A stretch of DNA of 64,000 bases from Akkermansiaceae bacterium (GTDB taxonomy: Bacteria; Verrucomicrobiota; Verrucomicrobiia; Verrucomicrobiales; Akkermansiaceae): contig SUVL01000006.1 in NCBI GenBank assembly GCA_015062005.1, positions 11,029 through 75,028 of the forward strand. The letters are read 5' to 3'. This document shows positions 55,569 through 64,000 of the stretch, piece by piece. The notes beneath the pieces were generated by a model, which saw nothing but the letters and a program-made list of their open reading frames with translations, had not been told where the DNA came from and ran no database searches. The position numbers and the translations under genes were made by a program. Numbering within the stretch: position 1 is the first letter of the stretch; every line of letters begins with the position of its first letter.

Positions 55569-56042
55569 TTATTTGCTTTTTGGGAACTGTTTTATAAGCT
55601 CTTCAGCTTTCGCGGCGCAGAATGATACGCATCTCTCACAGGGACGGGCATCATAGTAAGCCTGAGTGCGTTCATTCGGGCGGGCAGAACGCTCCATTTC
55701 CTCATCCAGGTGGAGTAGTTCGCGGCAGGTGAGTGTGCCGAATTTTTGTTTGAAAGCCTCGGCCAGCTCACGGGTAAGCGAGAAGATGATTTCCTTCTCC
55801 TCAGGATTACCGCTGAGGTTGCCCTTGCAGAATCCAGCCACCATGCAGAGGCCGGAGAAAGCTCCACAGGTGCCGCGCATGCGTCCGAGCCCGGCACCGA
55901 ATGCGGAGGAAAAGAGCAGGGCATCTCGTTCGCTCATGCCTACCTGGTCAGCAAAGGCTGCAAAAACGGATTGGGCGCAGTTGAATCCCTGGTGGAAGTA
56001 TTCCAGTGCTTTGGTTGAAGCCTCGTTCATGAGCCCGAGCAT
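55569..56042 (-). CDS. C_GCAxxG_C_C family protein
   Basis: An internal Met gives (MLGL)MNEASTKALEYFHQGFNCAQSV..CGAFSG..CREL..CERCV. The longer track ORF would run into the divergent asnS start. Confidence 0.7.
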   Translation of the reverse strand: MLGLMNEASTKALEYFHQGFNCAQSVFAAFADQVGMSERDALLFSSAFGAGLGRMRGTCGAFSGLCMVAGFCKGNLSGNPEEKEIIFSLTRELAEAFKQKFGTLTCRELLHLDEEMERSARPNERTQAYYDARPCERCVSFCAAKAEELIKQFPKSK

Positions 56043-56121
56043 ACGCCCGCGCAAACGCTTTGTCAATGCCGGTTTTTTTGCTCGCCTTGCGTCAGGGGTG
56101 GTGCTACAATGACGGGCAGAC

Positions 56122-57492
56122 ATGACTATGCAGCGTACTTTGGTAAAACATGCGTTGGCCAGTGAGGCTCCGATGGAGCAGATTCTGGTGGAAGGCTGGG
56201 TGCGAACCCGGCGTGATTCCAAGACCTTTTCCTTCCTGGAGGTGAATGATGGCACCAGCCTGGCGTCCATTCAGGTGGTGGCAGATGCCGGCATTCCTGG
56301 TTATGAGGATATCAGCCGCATGACCACCGGCTCTTCGGTGAGCATCATCGGGCGCCTGGTGGAAAGCCCCGGCAAGCAGAAGTGGGAGATTCAGGCCGCA
56401 GAGGTGAAGCTGGTGGGGCCCTCCCCGGAGAACTACCCGTTGCAGAAGAAGGGGCATTCCCCGGAGTTCCTGCGCACCATTGCGCATCTGCGCCCCCGCA
56501 CCAACCTGTTCGGTGCTATTTTCCGTACTCGTTCGCGTATGGCGGCTGCGGTGCATAATTTCTTCCTGGAGCGCGATTTTGTGTGGGTACACACGCCCAT
56601 CATCACCGCCAGCGACTGCGAGGGCGCAGGCGAGATGTTCCATGTGACCACGCTGGATCCGCTGGCTGAGAACAAAAGCTACGATGATGACTTCTTCGGC
56701 AAGCCTGCCAACCTGACCGTTTCCGGTCAGCTTGAGGGCGAAACCTTTGCCTGTGCGCTGAGCAATATCTACACCTTCGGCCCCACATTCCGCGCTGAAA
56801 ACAGCAATACCTCCCGCCACGCGGCTGAGTTCTGGATGATTGAACCGGAAATCGCCTTCTGTGATATCCATGGCGATATGGACATCGCGGAAGCCTTCAT
56901 CAAGCACATTGCCCGCACCATGCTGGCCGACACCAGCGGGGATTTCGAGTTCTTCTGCAAGTTTGTGGATAAGGGACTGCGTGAGCGTCTGGAAGAGGTG
57001 GCGGAGAAGCCCTTTGTGCGTTGCTCCTACACCGAGGCTATCGAAATCATGCAGGCCAGCGGTGAGAAGTTCGAATACAAGCCCTACTGGGGTATGGACA
57101 TGCAGAGTGAGCACGAACGCTTCCTCACAGAGAAACACTTCAAGTGTCCGGTGATTGTCTATAACTACCCGAAGGAAATCAAGCCTTTCTACATGCGCCT
57201 CAATGATGATGGCAAAACCGTTACGGCCATGGATGTGCTGGTGCCGGGCATTGGCGAAATCATCGGAGGCAGCCAGCGTGAGGAGCGGCTTGAGGTGCTT
57301 GAAGGGAATATTCAGCGCATGGGAATGGATATGGACGCTTACTACTGGTACAATGACCTGCGCCGCTTTGGTACGGTGCCGCATGCGGGGTTCGGTGTGG
57401 GTTTTGAGCGTCTCATCATGTTCGTAACCGGCGTGCAGAACATCCGCGACGTACTGCCGTACCCGCGCACCCCTCGCAATTGTGAGTTCTGA
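56122..57492 (+). CDS. asnS: Asparagine--tRNA ligase
   Basis: 456 aa with [21 protein letters not shown] and GFGVGFERL. Confidence 0.93.
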   Translation: MTMQRTLVKHALASEAPMEQILVEGWVRTRRDSKTFSFLEVNDGTSLASIQVVADAGIPGYEDISRMTTGSSVSIIGRLVESPGKQKWEIQAAEVKLVGPSPENYPLQKKGHSPEFLRTIAHLRPRTNLFGAIFRTRSRMAAAVHNFFLERDFVWVHTPIITASDCEGAGEMFHVTTLDPLAENKSYDDDFFGKPANLTVSGQLEGETFACALSNIYTFGPTFRAENSNTSRHAAEFWMIEPEIAFCDIHGDMDIAEAFIKHIARTMLADTSGDFEFFCKFVDKGLRERLEEVAEKPFVRCSYTEAIEIMQASGEKFEYKPYWGMDMQSEHERFLTEKHFKCPVIVYNYPKEIKPFYMRLNDDGKTVTAMDVLVPGIGEIIGGSQREERLEVLEGNIQRMGMDMDAYYWYNDLRRFGTVPHAGFGVGFERLIMFVTGVQNIRDVLPYPRTPRNCEF

Positions 57493-57532
57493 TATTGACT
57501 TGGGCGGCAGGAGCTGTTAGGATAGCAGGAGC

Positions 57533-58729
57533 ATGAAATCACGCGCGGAAGAATTTGCAGAGTGGGGGACTGAGGTCGTATTCGGCCGCGCCCGCGGTTT
57601 CCGCGCGTGGATGATGCGCTGCCTGCTGCGCTTTGCATCCTTCTTTTTCTGGATTCTGGTGCAGGTGCGCCTGTTCCTGTTCCGCCGCCGTCTGAAGACG
57701 GTACACTATCTGGGTACTTTTGTGGTGAGTGTGGGTAATATCACTGCTGGCGGTACCGGTAAGACCCCGGTGGTGGAACTGCTTTCCCGCAGCCTTGCCT
57801 CGCGAGGCCGTAAGTGCGCTATTCTGACGCGTGGCTACAAGAGTCATGACCTTGAAAAACCGCAGGTGTGGCTGGATAAGGAAGGCAAGCGGGTGAAGAG
57901 CATCCCGAAGATTGCCAGTGATGGCGTGACCCGCTACCTCAGCCCGCTCTATGCGGGCGATGAGCCTTTCATGCTGGCCCGCAACCTGGACGGAGTGGCC
58001 GTGCTGGTGGATAAGGACCGCGTGAAATCAGGCATTTTCGCCATTGAACAGCTGGGGAGCAACACCCTCATCCTTGACGATGGTATGCAGTTCCTGAAGC
58101 TGAAGCATGAAATTGACATTGTGCTGGTGGACTGCGGCTTCCCCTTCGGCACCGGGGCGCTGCTGCCGCGCGGCACCATGCGCGAGCCCCGCGCCAGTCT
58201 GAAGCGCGCCAGCTATATCATCCTGACCAAGAGCGAGGGTAAGCCACAGGATGCCCTCATTTCCACCATCCGCAAGTACAACAAGGTGGCGGATATCATT
58301 GTGACTAACCATGCCCCCGTGCTGTTAGAGAACATCTTTACGGGCGAGCAGTTGCCGCTCTCTGCGCTGAAGGGCAAATACGTGGCGTGCCTTAGTGGCA
58401 TTGCCCGCCCGGAGAGTTTTGAGAACCTGGTGGAATCGCTGGGAGCCAACGTGGAAATCCGCCGCAGTTACCCTGACCATTACTGGTTTGACCAGGAAGA
58501 CCTGGACGCCTTCGTGGAGCGCTGCGCTGAGCGAGCCATGGATATGATTGTGACCACGGAGAAGGATGCCGTGCGTTTCCTTCGCCCCGGCGAGATGGAG
58601 GTGCCCATCTATTTCCTCCGCATCCACATTGATATTCTGCAAGGCCAGGATAAGTGGGATGCCATGATTGACCGCATCTGCGGCCTTGGTGCTCCCCAGC
58701 CTGCGCCCGAGTGGGGTGATGTGCTTTGA
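57533..58729 (+). CDS. lpxK: Tetraacyldisaccharide 4'-kinase
   Basis: 398 aa with the [14 protein letters not shown]-loop after an N-terminal TM helix. Confidence 0.88.
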   Translation: MKSRAEEFAEWGTEVVFGRARGFRAWMMRCLLRFASFFFWILVQVRLFLFRRRLKTVHYLGTFVVSVGNITAGGTGKTPVVELLSRSLASRGRKCAILTRGYKSHDLEKPQVWLDKEGKRVKSIPKIASDGVTRYLSPLYAGDEPFMLARNLDGVAVLVDKDRVKSGIFAIEQLGSNTLILDDGMQFLKLKHEIDIVLVDCGFPFGTGALLPRGTMREPRASLKRASYIILTKSEGKPQDALISTIRKYNKVADIIVTNHAPVLLENIFTGEQLPLSALKGKYVACLSGIARPESFENLVESLGANVEIRRSYPDHYWFDQEDLDAFVERCAERAMDMIVTTEKDAVRFLRPGEMEVPIYFLRIHIDILQGQDKWDAMIDRICGLGAPQPAPEWGDVL

Positions 58730-58830
58730 ATCGTGTCTCCGCAGCTTGTCCGATTGTTGGGGTATAGTGTGTTCGCGGAGCAGTTTTTGCTTTACAAATG
58801 AGGCTCAATCGGGCATTCTCTGCGCCGTCT

Positions 58831-60648
58831 ATGTCATTTTCCGAACTTGGTATCTGCCCGGAGATTCTGGAGGCCATTGAGGTCCTGGGATTTGAAACAC
58901 CTTCACCTATTCAGGAACGCGCCATTCCCCCGGCATTGGACGGAGCAGATATTCTGGGCCTTTCTCATACCGGTTCAGGCAAGACTCTGGCATTCTCCAT
59001 TCCGGCCCTGGAGAGCATAGACCCCACGCTGCGCGAGGTGCAGGTGCTTTGCCTGGCGCCCACCCGTGAACTGGCTGTGCAGATTTGCCGTGAGGTGGAC
59101 AAACTGGCCTTGTTTCTGGATGGTGTTTCCGCTGTGCCTATTTACGGTGGGGCTTCCTTTGGCCCGCAGCTGGCCGCTCTGAAGCGGGGTGTGCAGTTTG
59201 TGGTGGGTACGCCCGGCCGCGTGATTGACCTCATGGAGCAGGGAGAACTGAAACCGGATCACATTTCCATGCTCATTCTGGATGAGGCGGACGAGATGCT
59301 GGATATGGGATTCCAGGAGGATATTGACCGCGTGGTGTCCCTGCTGCCGGCGGAGCGCCAGACCCTGCTGTTCTCTGCCACGATGTCGGCCGCTATCCGC
59401 AAGCTGGTGGACTCCGTAGCCCGGGACCCACAGGAAATAGCCATTGAGCGACCACAGCTCACGGTGCCCACCTGTGAGCAGATCGTGTATGAGGTGGTGT
59501 TCTCCTCCCGCATTGAGGTGCTCAGCCGCCTGATTGAGATGGGCCGCATGAAGCGCGGGTTGGTCTTTGCCAACACGAAGCGTGTGGTGGATGATATTGT
59601 GGATGGTCTCCTGGCCCGTGGTTATGCGGTGGACCGTCTGCATGGCGATATGCCCCAGACCCTGCGAGAGCGTGTGATGGATTCGTTCCGCAAGGGAAAT
59701 CTGACCGTGCTGGTGGCTACGGATATTGCGGCCCGTGGGCTGGATATCGACGATGTGGATACTGTGGTGAACTTTGAGTTGCCCCGCGACCCTGAGGATT
59801 ATGTGCACCGCATTGGTCGCACTGCCCGAGCCGGCCGCAAGGGCAGAGCCGTTTCCTTCATCGGACGCCGGGATTTCTCCCTTCTGGCGCGGCTGGAGCG
59901 TTTTGTGGGGGTGCGCATGCAGCGCGAGAAGGTGATGACCGGCACCCAGGTGGAAGAGGTCCGCCGCGAATCCCTGGTGGATGAAATCCTGGAAAATGCC
60001 ACTACTGCTGCGGAACTACCGGAGGAGTTGCTGGATATTGATATGCCTGCTGATCAGCTGCTGGCGGCTATGTTCAACATCCTGGTGGCTAAGACCAGTC
60101 GCGAGCTCCAGCCCATTCCGGAGGACCGGCCCAGCAAGTTTGCCCGTGCTTCCCGGCCCGCAGAGGATGGCGATACCCCTGTGGAAAAGGGGAATGACTG
60201 GAGCTCCCTGCAGCAGAGTGTGACTCTCTTCATGAACGGCGGCAAGCTGCTTGGCCTGCGCCCCAAGGATATTGCCGGCCTCTTCTACAATGAGGGTGGC
60301 GCCCCCAAGGGAACTGTGGGTGATATCCGCCTCTTCCTGAAGCATTCCCTCATCGAGGTTTCGCCGGAGATTGCACCGCAGCTGATTGAGCGTCTGGGCA
60401 CATGCCAGATTTGCGGCTATGAGGTGAACATTCGTGAGGATAAGGGGCGTCCGGAAGGCACCAATGCTCCCATGGAACGCGAATTCCGCCCCCGCGAGCG
60501 TCGCGGTGCTTCCTACGCCGGCCGTGGTAACACCAATTTCCGCCGGGAACGCGGCGACCGCCGTGATTCACGCGAGCGGGGAAACGAACGGAGTGAACGC
60601 GTGTTTTACGATAAGTTCAGCCGCCGCCCCCGCCGCCGCGAGTGGTAA
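58831..60648 (+). CDS. DEAD-box ATP-dependent RNA helicase (DeaD/CsdA-like with DbpA-type C-terminal domain and basic tail)
   Basis: Has the Q-motif, GSGKT, DEAD, SAT and HRIGRTAR motifs and an R/E-rich tail. Confidence 0.9.
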   Translation: MSFSELGICPEILEAIEVLGFETPSPIQERAIPPALDGADILGLSHTGSGKTLAFSIPALESIDPTLREVQVLCLAPTRELAVQICREVDKLALFLDGVSAVPIYGGASFGPQLAALKRGVQFVVGTPGRVIDLMEQGELKPDHISMLILDEADEMLDMGFQEDIDRVVSLLPAERQTLLFSATMSAAIRKLVDSVARDPQEIAIERPQLTVPTCEQIVYEVVFSSRIEVLSRLIEMGRMKRGLVFANTKRVVDDIVDGLLARGYAVDRLHGDMPQTLRERVMDSFRKGNLTVLVATDIAARGLDIDDVDTVVNFELPRDPEDYVHRIGRTARAGRKGRAVSFIGRRDFSLLARLERFVGVRMQREKVMTGTQVEEVRRESLVDEILENATTAAELPEELLDIDMPADQLLAAMFNILVAKTSRELQPIPEDRPSKFARASRPAEDGDTPVEKGNDWSSLQQSVTLFMNGGKLLGLRPKDIAGLFYNEGGAPKGTVGDIRLFLKHSLIEVSPEIAPQLIERLGTCQICGYEVNIREDKGRPEGTNAPMEREFRPRERRGASYAGRGNTNFRRERGDRRDSRERGNERSERVFYDKFSRRPRRREW

Positions 60649-60671
60649 GTCCCCATTCTGAATTTCAAGAG

Positions 60672-60712
60672 GAGAAGCCGGTAGTGCATGTGTCGCTGCC
60701 GGCTTCTCTGTT
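60672..60712 (+). terminator. Terminator hairpin after the helicase gene
   Basis: 10-bp stem gagaagccgg / ccggcttctc followed by TGTT. A second hairpin, tcctgct-gcgg-agcagga, follows directly. Confidence 0.55.
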
Positions 60713-60845
60713 CCTGCTGCGGAGCAGGATGATAAGGCAACGAGACTGCTCTCAGATGGGGCTGAAGCGGGGCTTGGTATGCGTGGGTGTGCCTATCTGA
60801 TGCTTTCTGTACTTTGTTTGTGCTTAGGCGCTTGTCTGCATGTTC

Positions 60846-60874
60846 TTGCCAAAGTATGCATGCTTTGATATAAT
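60846..60874 (+). promoter_or_regulatory. Near-consensus sigma70 promoter TTGCCA-17-TATAAT for trkH-trkA
   Basis: The exact -10 TATAAT is at 60869-60874. The track ORF start at 60877 lies inside the predicted untranscribed or TSS region, so a later start is more likely. Confidence 0.65.
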
Positions 60875-60948
60875 GTTTGCACGTGAGACCCCAGACGCAG
60901 AAGGAACACCGACTCAAGGTGCTGGAATTGCCGGAGCTGCTTTCCGGC

Positions 60949-62673
60949 ATGCTGGTGCTTTTTGTGGTGCTCTGGGAGGCCTGCTTTGAAGGTGTGGCCA
61001 ATTCCCCGGCTCAGCGGGATGCCTTTATCGGGGCATCGCATTTGATGCTCTGTGGTCTGGTGTGGTTCAACACGCTGGTGGTACTGCTCCATTTTGTCTT
61101 GGAATGGGTACGCTACGGGCTGCCCCGGCGTTTCCTGTGGTTCCAGTTGCTGGTGGGGTTGGCGGCCTCCGTCATTTTCTATGGTGGAGTGTGGGCCGAG
61201 TTCGGGCGCTGGGCCTTTCTGGCAAGTCTGGTCTGTAGTTTCCTGCTTGGCGGGTTCTCCATCGGAACCATAGGAGCCGTGATGCGCGCCCGCCGCCGCA
61301 GCCCGATGAAAGGGGCAAGCCAGTGGTCCCCTGCGGTGCGATTCTTTGCCTACATGGTGGTGCTGGTGCTGGTGAGTACCCTGCTGTTGCTCACACCGGG
61401 GGCCACCAACACGCAATTGTCGCTGGTGGATGCGCTCTTTACCTGCGCGTCTGCGACGTCCATCACCGGTTTGACGACGGTGGATGTGGCCTCCACCTTC
61501 ACGCCGCTGGGTAAGCTGGTGCTGCTGTTGGATATCCAGGTGGGCGCCATCGGCGTGATGACCTTCTCCTACTTTGTGCTCATGATGGTGGGCAAACGCC
61601 TGGCGGTGCGTGATAGTATGTCGGTATCAAACATGCTGGACCAGCAGGGGGTGAATGTGGTGCCTTCTCTTCTTCGTGCTGTGTTTTTTGTGACCCTGCT
61701 TGCTGAGACCGTGGGGGCGGTTTGCCTGTATTACCTGTGGAAGGATATGCCAGGCTTCCCCCAGGCTGATTTGCTGGGCTATGCCATTTTTCATTCTGTC
61801 TCTGCCTTCTGCAATGCCGGTATCAACATATTCCCGGCTGGTATGGAGCAGGCTGGGGTGGCTGATTGCAAGCTGGTGCAGCTGGTGATGATTCTGCTGG
61901 TGCTGGCCGGTACCGTGGGCTTTGGTGTATATCTGGAAGGGTTGACGCGCCTGAAGAATAAGCTGGAAGGTCAGCGCAGTGCGAAGCGCTGGAGTACCAA
62001 CTCCTGGCTGGTGTTGCGGGTGATGCTGATTGTGATGCTCGTGGGAACCACGGGATTGACCCTCCTGGCCGCTTGTGAACCGTCTGCTCACCAGGCATGC
62101 GGGACCTTTAACGTGTGGGAATCCCTGTGGAATGCAGTGGGGCGCTCTGCGGGTTTTGCTCTCAGCGACATTGGTGATTATGGCCCTGTTTACCAGTTAT
62201 TCCTGGCTTTCCTTATGTTCGTAGGCGGCAACCCTGCTGGTACCGGTGGTGGTGTCTACGCTCCTGTTTTTGCCCTCTGCCTGCTGGAGGTATACCGGGT
62301 TCTGCAAGGTAAGCAGGACCTGGAGCTGCACAACCGCCGCATTGCCCGCAACACCGTGGAGCGGGCCATGGCCACTGTGGTGCTCTCCATTTTCTGGATT
62401 GTATTTACCACTTTGCTCCTCATGCTGCTGGAGCCCGCTGTTGCGCAGCAGCCGCAGGGTGTGGTCAAGCTCCTCTTTATGGAAGTGAGTGCTTATACAA
62501 CCACCGGATTTGACTTGGGCGCTCTGCTTCAGATTTCAGATGTTTCCAAACTCCTGATTTCCCTCAACATGTTGTTCGGTCGCGTGGGCATGTTCACCTT
62601 CATGCTTATCTTTATCCGCCAGCAGGAACCGAATCCCATCCGCCTGCCGGAAACTCGTTTACCCCTCAATTGA
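60949..62673 (+). CDS. trkH: TrkH/KtrB family potassium transporter (start uncertain; GTG 60919 is an alternative)
   Basis: Polytopic membrane protein with repeated pore-loop motifs (SATSITG, NAGI, GFAL, TTTGF). Confidence 0.85.
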   Translation: MLVLFVVLWEACFEGVANSPAQRDAFIGASHLMLCGLVWFNTLVVLLHFVLEWVRYGLPRRFLWFQLLVGLAASVIFYGGVWAEFGRWAFLASLVCSFLLGGFSIGTIGAVMRARRRSPMKGASQWSPAVRFFAYMVVLVLVSTLLLLTPGATNTQLSLVDALFTCASATSITGLTTVDVASTFTPLGKLVLLLDIQVGAIGVMTFSYFVLMMVGKRLAVRDSMSVSNMLDQQGVNVVPSLLRAVFFVTLLAETVGAVCLYYLWKDMPGFPQADLLGYAIFHSVSAFCNAGINIFPAGMEQAGVADCKLVQLVMILLVLAGTVGFGVYLEGLTRLKNKLEGQRSAKRWSTNSWLVLRVMLIVMLVGTTGLTLLAACEPSAHQACGTFNVWESLWNAVGRSAGFALSDIGDYGPVYQLFLAFLMFVGGNPAGTGGGVYAPVFALCLLEVYRVLQGKQDLELHNRRIARNTVERAMATVVLSIFWIVFTTLLLMLLEPAVAQQPQGVVKLLFMEVSAYTTTGFDLGALLQISDVSKLLISLNMLFGRVGMFTFMLIFIRQQEPNPIRLPETRLPLN

Positions 62674-62682
62674 TAATTTGTT

Positions 62683-63396
62683 ATGAAATTCGTTATTATC
62701 GGTATTGGTCAGTTCGGCCGCGCGCTTGCCCTGCATCTGGCAGACCTGGGTTTTGAAGTCACCATTCTTGATGAGCGTGAATCCATCATCACCGAACTGA
62801 AGGACCGCGTAACCTACGCACTCGTGGGGGATGCGACGGATATCCGCGTGCTGAGGCAGCTGGAGCTGGTGGGGGATGATACCTACGTGATAGTAGCGGT
62901 AGGCGAGCAGTTTGAACGCAATCTCTTGATTACGGCCCAGCTCAAGGAACTGGGAGCTACAAACCTGATGACCCGCAGTGTGAATGAGCTGCATGGTAAG
63001 TTGCTCAAACTCATTGGCGTGAGCGACCTTATCCGTGTGGAAGATGTGGCCGCGCGCCAGCTGGCCGCCCGCTTCACCAATGAGGGTATGATGCGCCTGC
63101 GCCGCATGGATGCCACCCACTCACTGGTGGATGTGCGCTTGCCGGATGAATGGGTGGGGCGCAAACTCATGGAAGTAGGTCTGCGTTCGGAGTTCCACCT
63201 GAACCTGCTTACGGTGCGCCGCGGCAAGATGAAGGAGAACCCGACTTCGGATGATGTGCTTTCTGAGCCTGAGCAGCCGGTGATTGACACCCCGGATGCT
63301 AATCTGGAGTTCCAACTGGGTGATGTGCTGGTGGTATTTGGCAAGGATAATGACTTGCAGCGCTTTGTGGAAAAATTTGACTTGCAGGGAGAATGA
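62683..63396 (+). CDS. trkA: TrkA/KtrA potassium uptake regulatory protein (RCK N + C domains)
   Basis: 237 aa with the Rossmann motif MKFVIIGIGQFGRALALHL. Confidence 0.88.
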   Translation: MKFVIIGIGQFGRALALHLADLGFEVTILDERESIITELKDRVTYALVGDATDIRVLRQLELVGDDTYVIVAVGEQFERNLLITAQLKELGATNLMTRSVNELHGKLLKLIGVSDLIRVEDVAARQLAARFTNEGMMRLRRMDATHSLVDVRLPDEWVGRKLMEVGLRSEFHLNLLTVRRGKMKENPTSDDVLSEPEQPVIDTPDANLEFQLGDVLVVFGKDNDLQRFVEKFDLQGE

Positions 63397-64000
63397 GCGT
63401 GCGCGTGACACTGCCGGAGAAAACCTATGCCGGCTACATATTTGACCTGGATGGTACGCTGGTGGATAGCATGCCGGTGCATTTCAAGGCCTGGCGCTGG
63501 GCTTTGCGTGAGCATGGCGCCCCGCCGGAGGTTTTCCGCTGGGAGGAGTTCGTGGCGCACGGCGGCATGGCGGCTCCGGATATCGTGGCAGACCTCAACG
63601 CTACTTACGGCCTGAGCATGGAGCCCGAGATTGTGGCCGATGATAAGCGCAACCGCTACGCCTGGCTCTTGGAAAATGAAACACTGCCTGTTATCCCTGA
63701 AACAATTAACCTGGTGCGCCGGCTCAAAGAGCAGGGGATTCCCTATGCCATCGGCACCGGCAGCATGCCCAGCGGCGCCCTGGAAACCCTGCTTTCTGCC
63801 GGCGTGGCCGATTTGTTCAGCATCATGGTGACTCCGGCGGATGTGCCGCCGGGGTTCGGCAAACCACGGCCGGATATTTTCCTGCTCTGCGCGGAGCGCA
63901 TGGGGGTGAATCCCGCGGAGTGCGTGGTGTTTGAAGACGCAGAGCCGGGAATTCAGGCCGCGCTGGCTGGTGGCATGGATTATGTGCGGGTGGGCGAATG
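63393..64000 (+). CDS. HAD-superfamily hydrolase (beta-phosphoglucomutase-like subfamily IA), 3'-truncated by window edge
   Basis: The ATG overlaps the trkA stop (ATGA). Reads MSVRVTLPEKTYAGYIFDLDGTLVDS..GKPRPD..FEDAEPGIQAA and stays open to the window end. It is not in the ORF track. Confidence 0.75.
   Translation, partial: MSVRVTLPEKTYAGYIFDLDGTLVDSMPVHFKAWRWALREHGAPPEVFRWEEFVAHGGMAAPDIVADLNATYGLSMEPEIVADDKRNRYAWLLENETLPVIPETINLVRRLKEQGIPYAIGTGSMPSGALETLLSAGVADLFSIMVTPADVPPGFGKPRPDIFLLCAERMGVNPAECVVFEDAEPGIQAALAGGMDYVRVGE

Overview
The window is about 64 kb of a moderately GC-rich bacterial chromosome and is almost entirely housekeeping. My taxonomic guess is Verrucomicrobiota, Akkermansia-like. 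It rests only on gene content (GH84 O-GlcNAcase, an HGSNAT-like acetyltransferase, weak or absent Shine-Dalgarno sites) and is low confidence.

Genes I can recognise:
- Central metabolism and translation: tpiA, rsfS, ftsH, ribBA, glnS, rnc, miaB, birA, asnS, hemB, ahpC, nadE.
- Nucleotide synthesis: pyrB, a pyrC-like gene, a purE-like gene, purF, purM.
- Envelope: skp-lpxD, lpxK, an OmpA-family protein, two tandem GT4 glycosyltransferases plus an ELM1-like gene.
- Transport and other: an amino-acid ABC transporter, trkH/trkA, a DEAD-box helicase, an ECF sigma factor, and truncated genes at both window edges (hrpB-like, HAD hydrolase).

I saw no rRNA, tRNA, CRISPR array, transposase or integrase.

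Points that stand out:
1. An AT-rich insertion of about 3.4 kb lies between ribBA and ftsH. It carries an orphan operon. One gene encodes a TM-anchored coiled-coil protein whose reading frame breaks at an A7 tract. The other encodes a signal-peptide protein with an Mrr-like PD-(D/E)xK motif and a long Gly/Ala-rich hydrophobic C-terminal region.
2. A solitary 829-aa homolog of a podovirus tail tubular protein B (T7 gp12-type nozzle) has no other phage genes nearby.
3. A structured intergenic element of about 134 nt is present twice, 42.5 kb apart in opposite orientation. It contains a heptamer tandem array, a GNRA-capped hairpin and a 10-bp palindrome. A third, inverted copy of the heptamer module is also present.
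4. A near-consensus promoter drives a structured leader of about 245 nt ahead of the amino-acid ABC transporter.
5. Several enzymes lack key catalytic residues: the NadE glutaminase Cys is Ala, PurF has no N-terminal Cys, and the DHOase-like protein has lost metal ligands.
6. Small unlisted ORFs include a bS22-like ribosomal protein, a tiny TM peptide coupled to a MerR gene, and a His-rich lipoprotein.

All homology calls come from motif recognition by eye. No database search was run.
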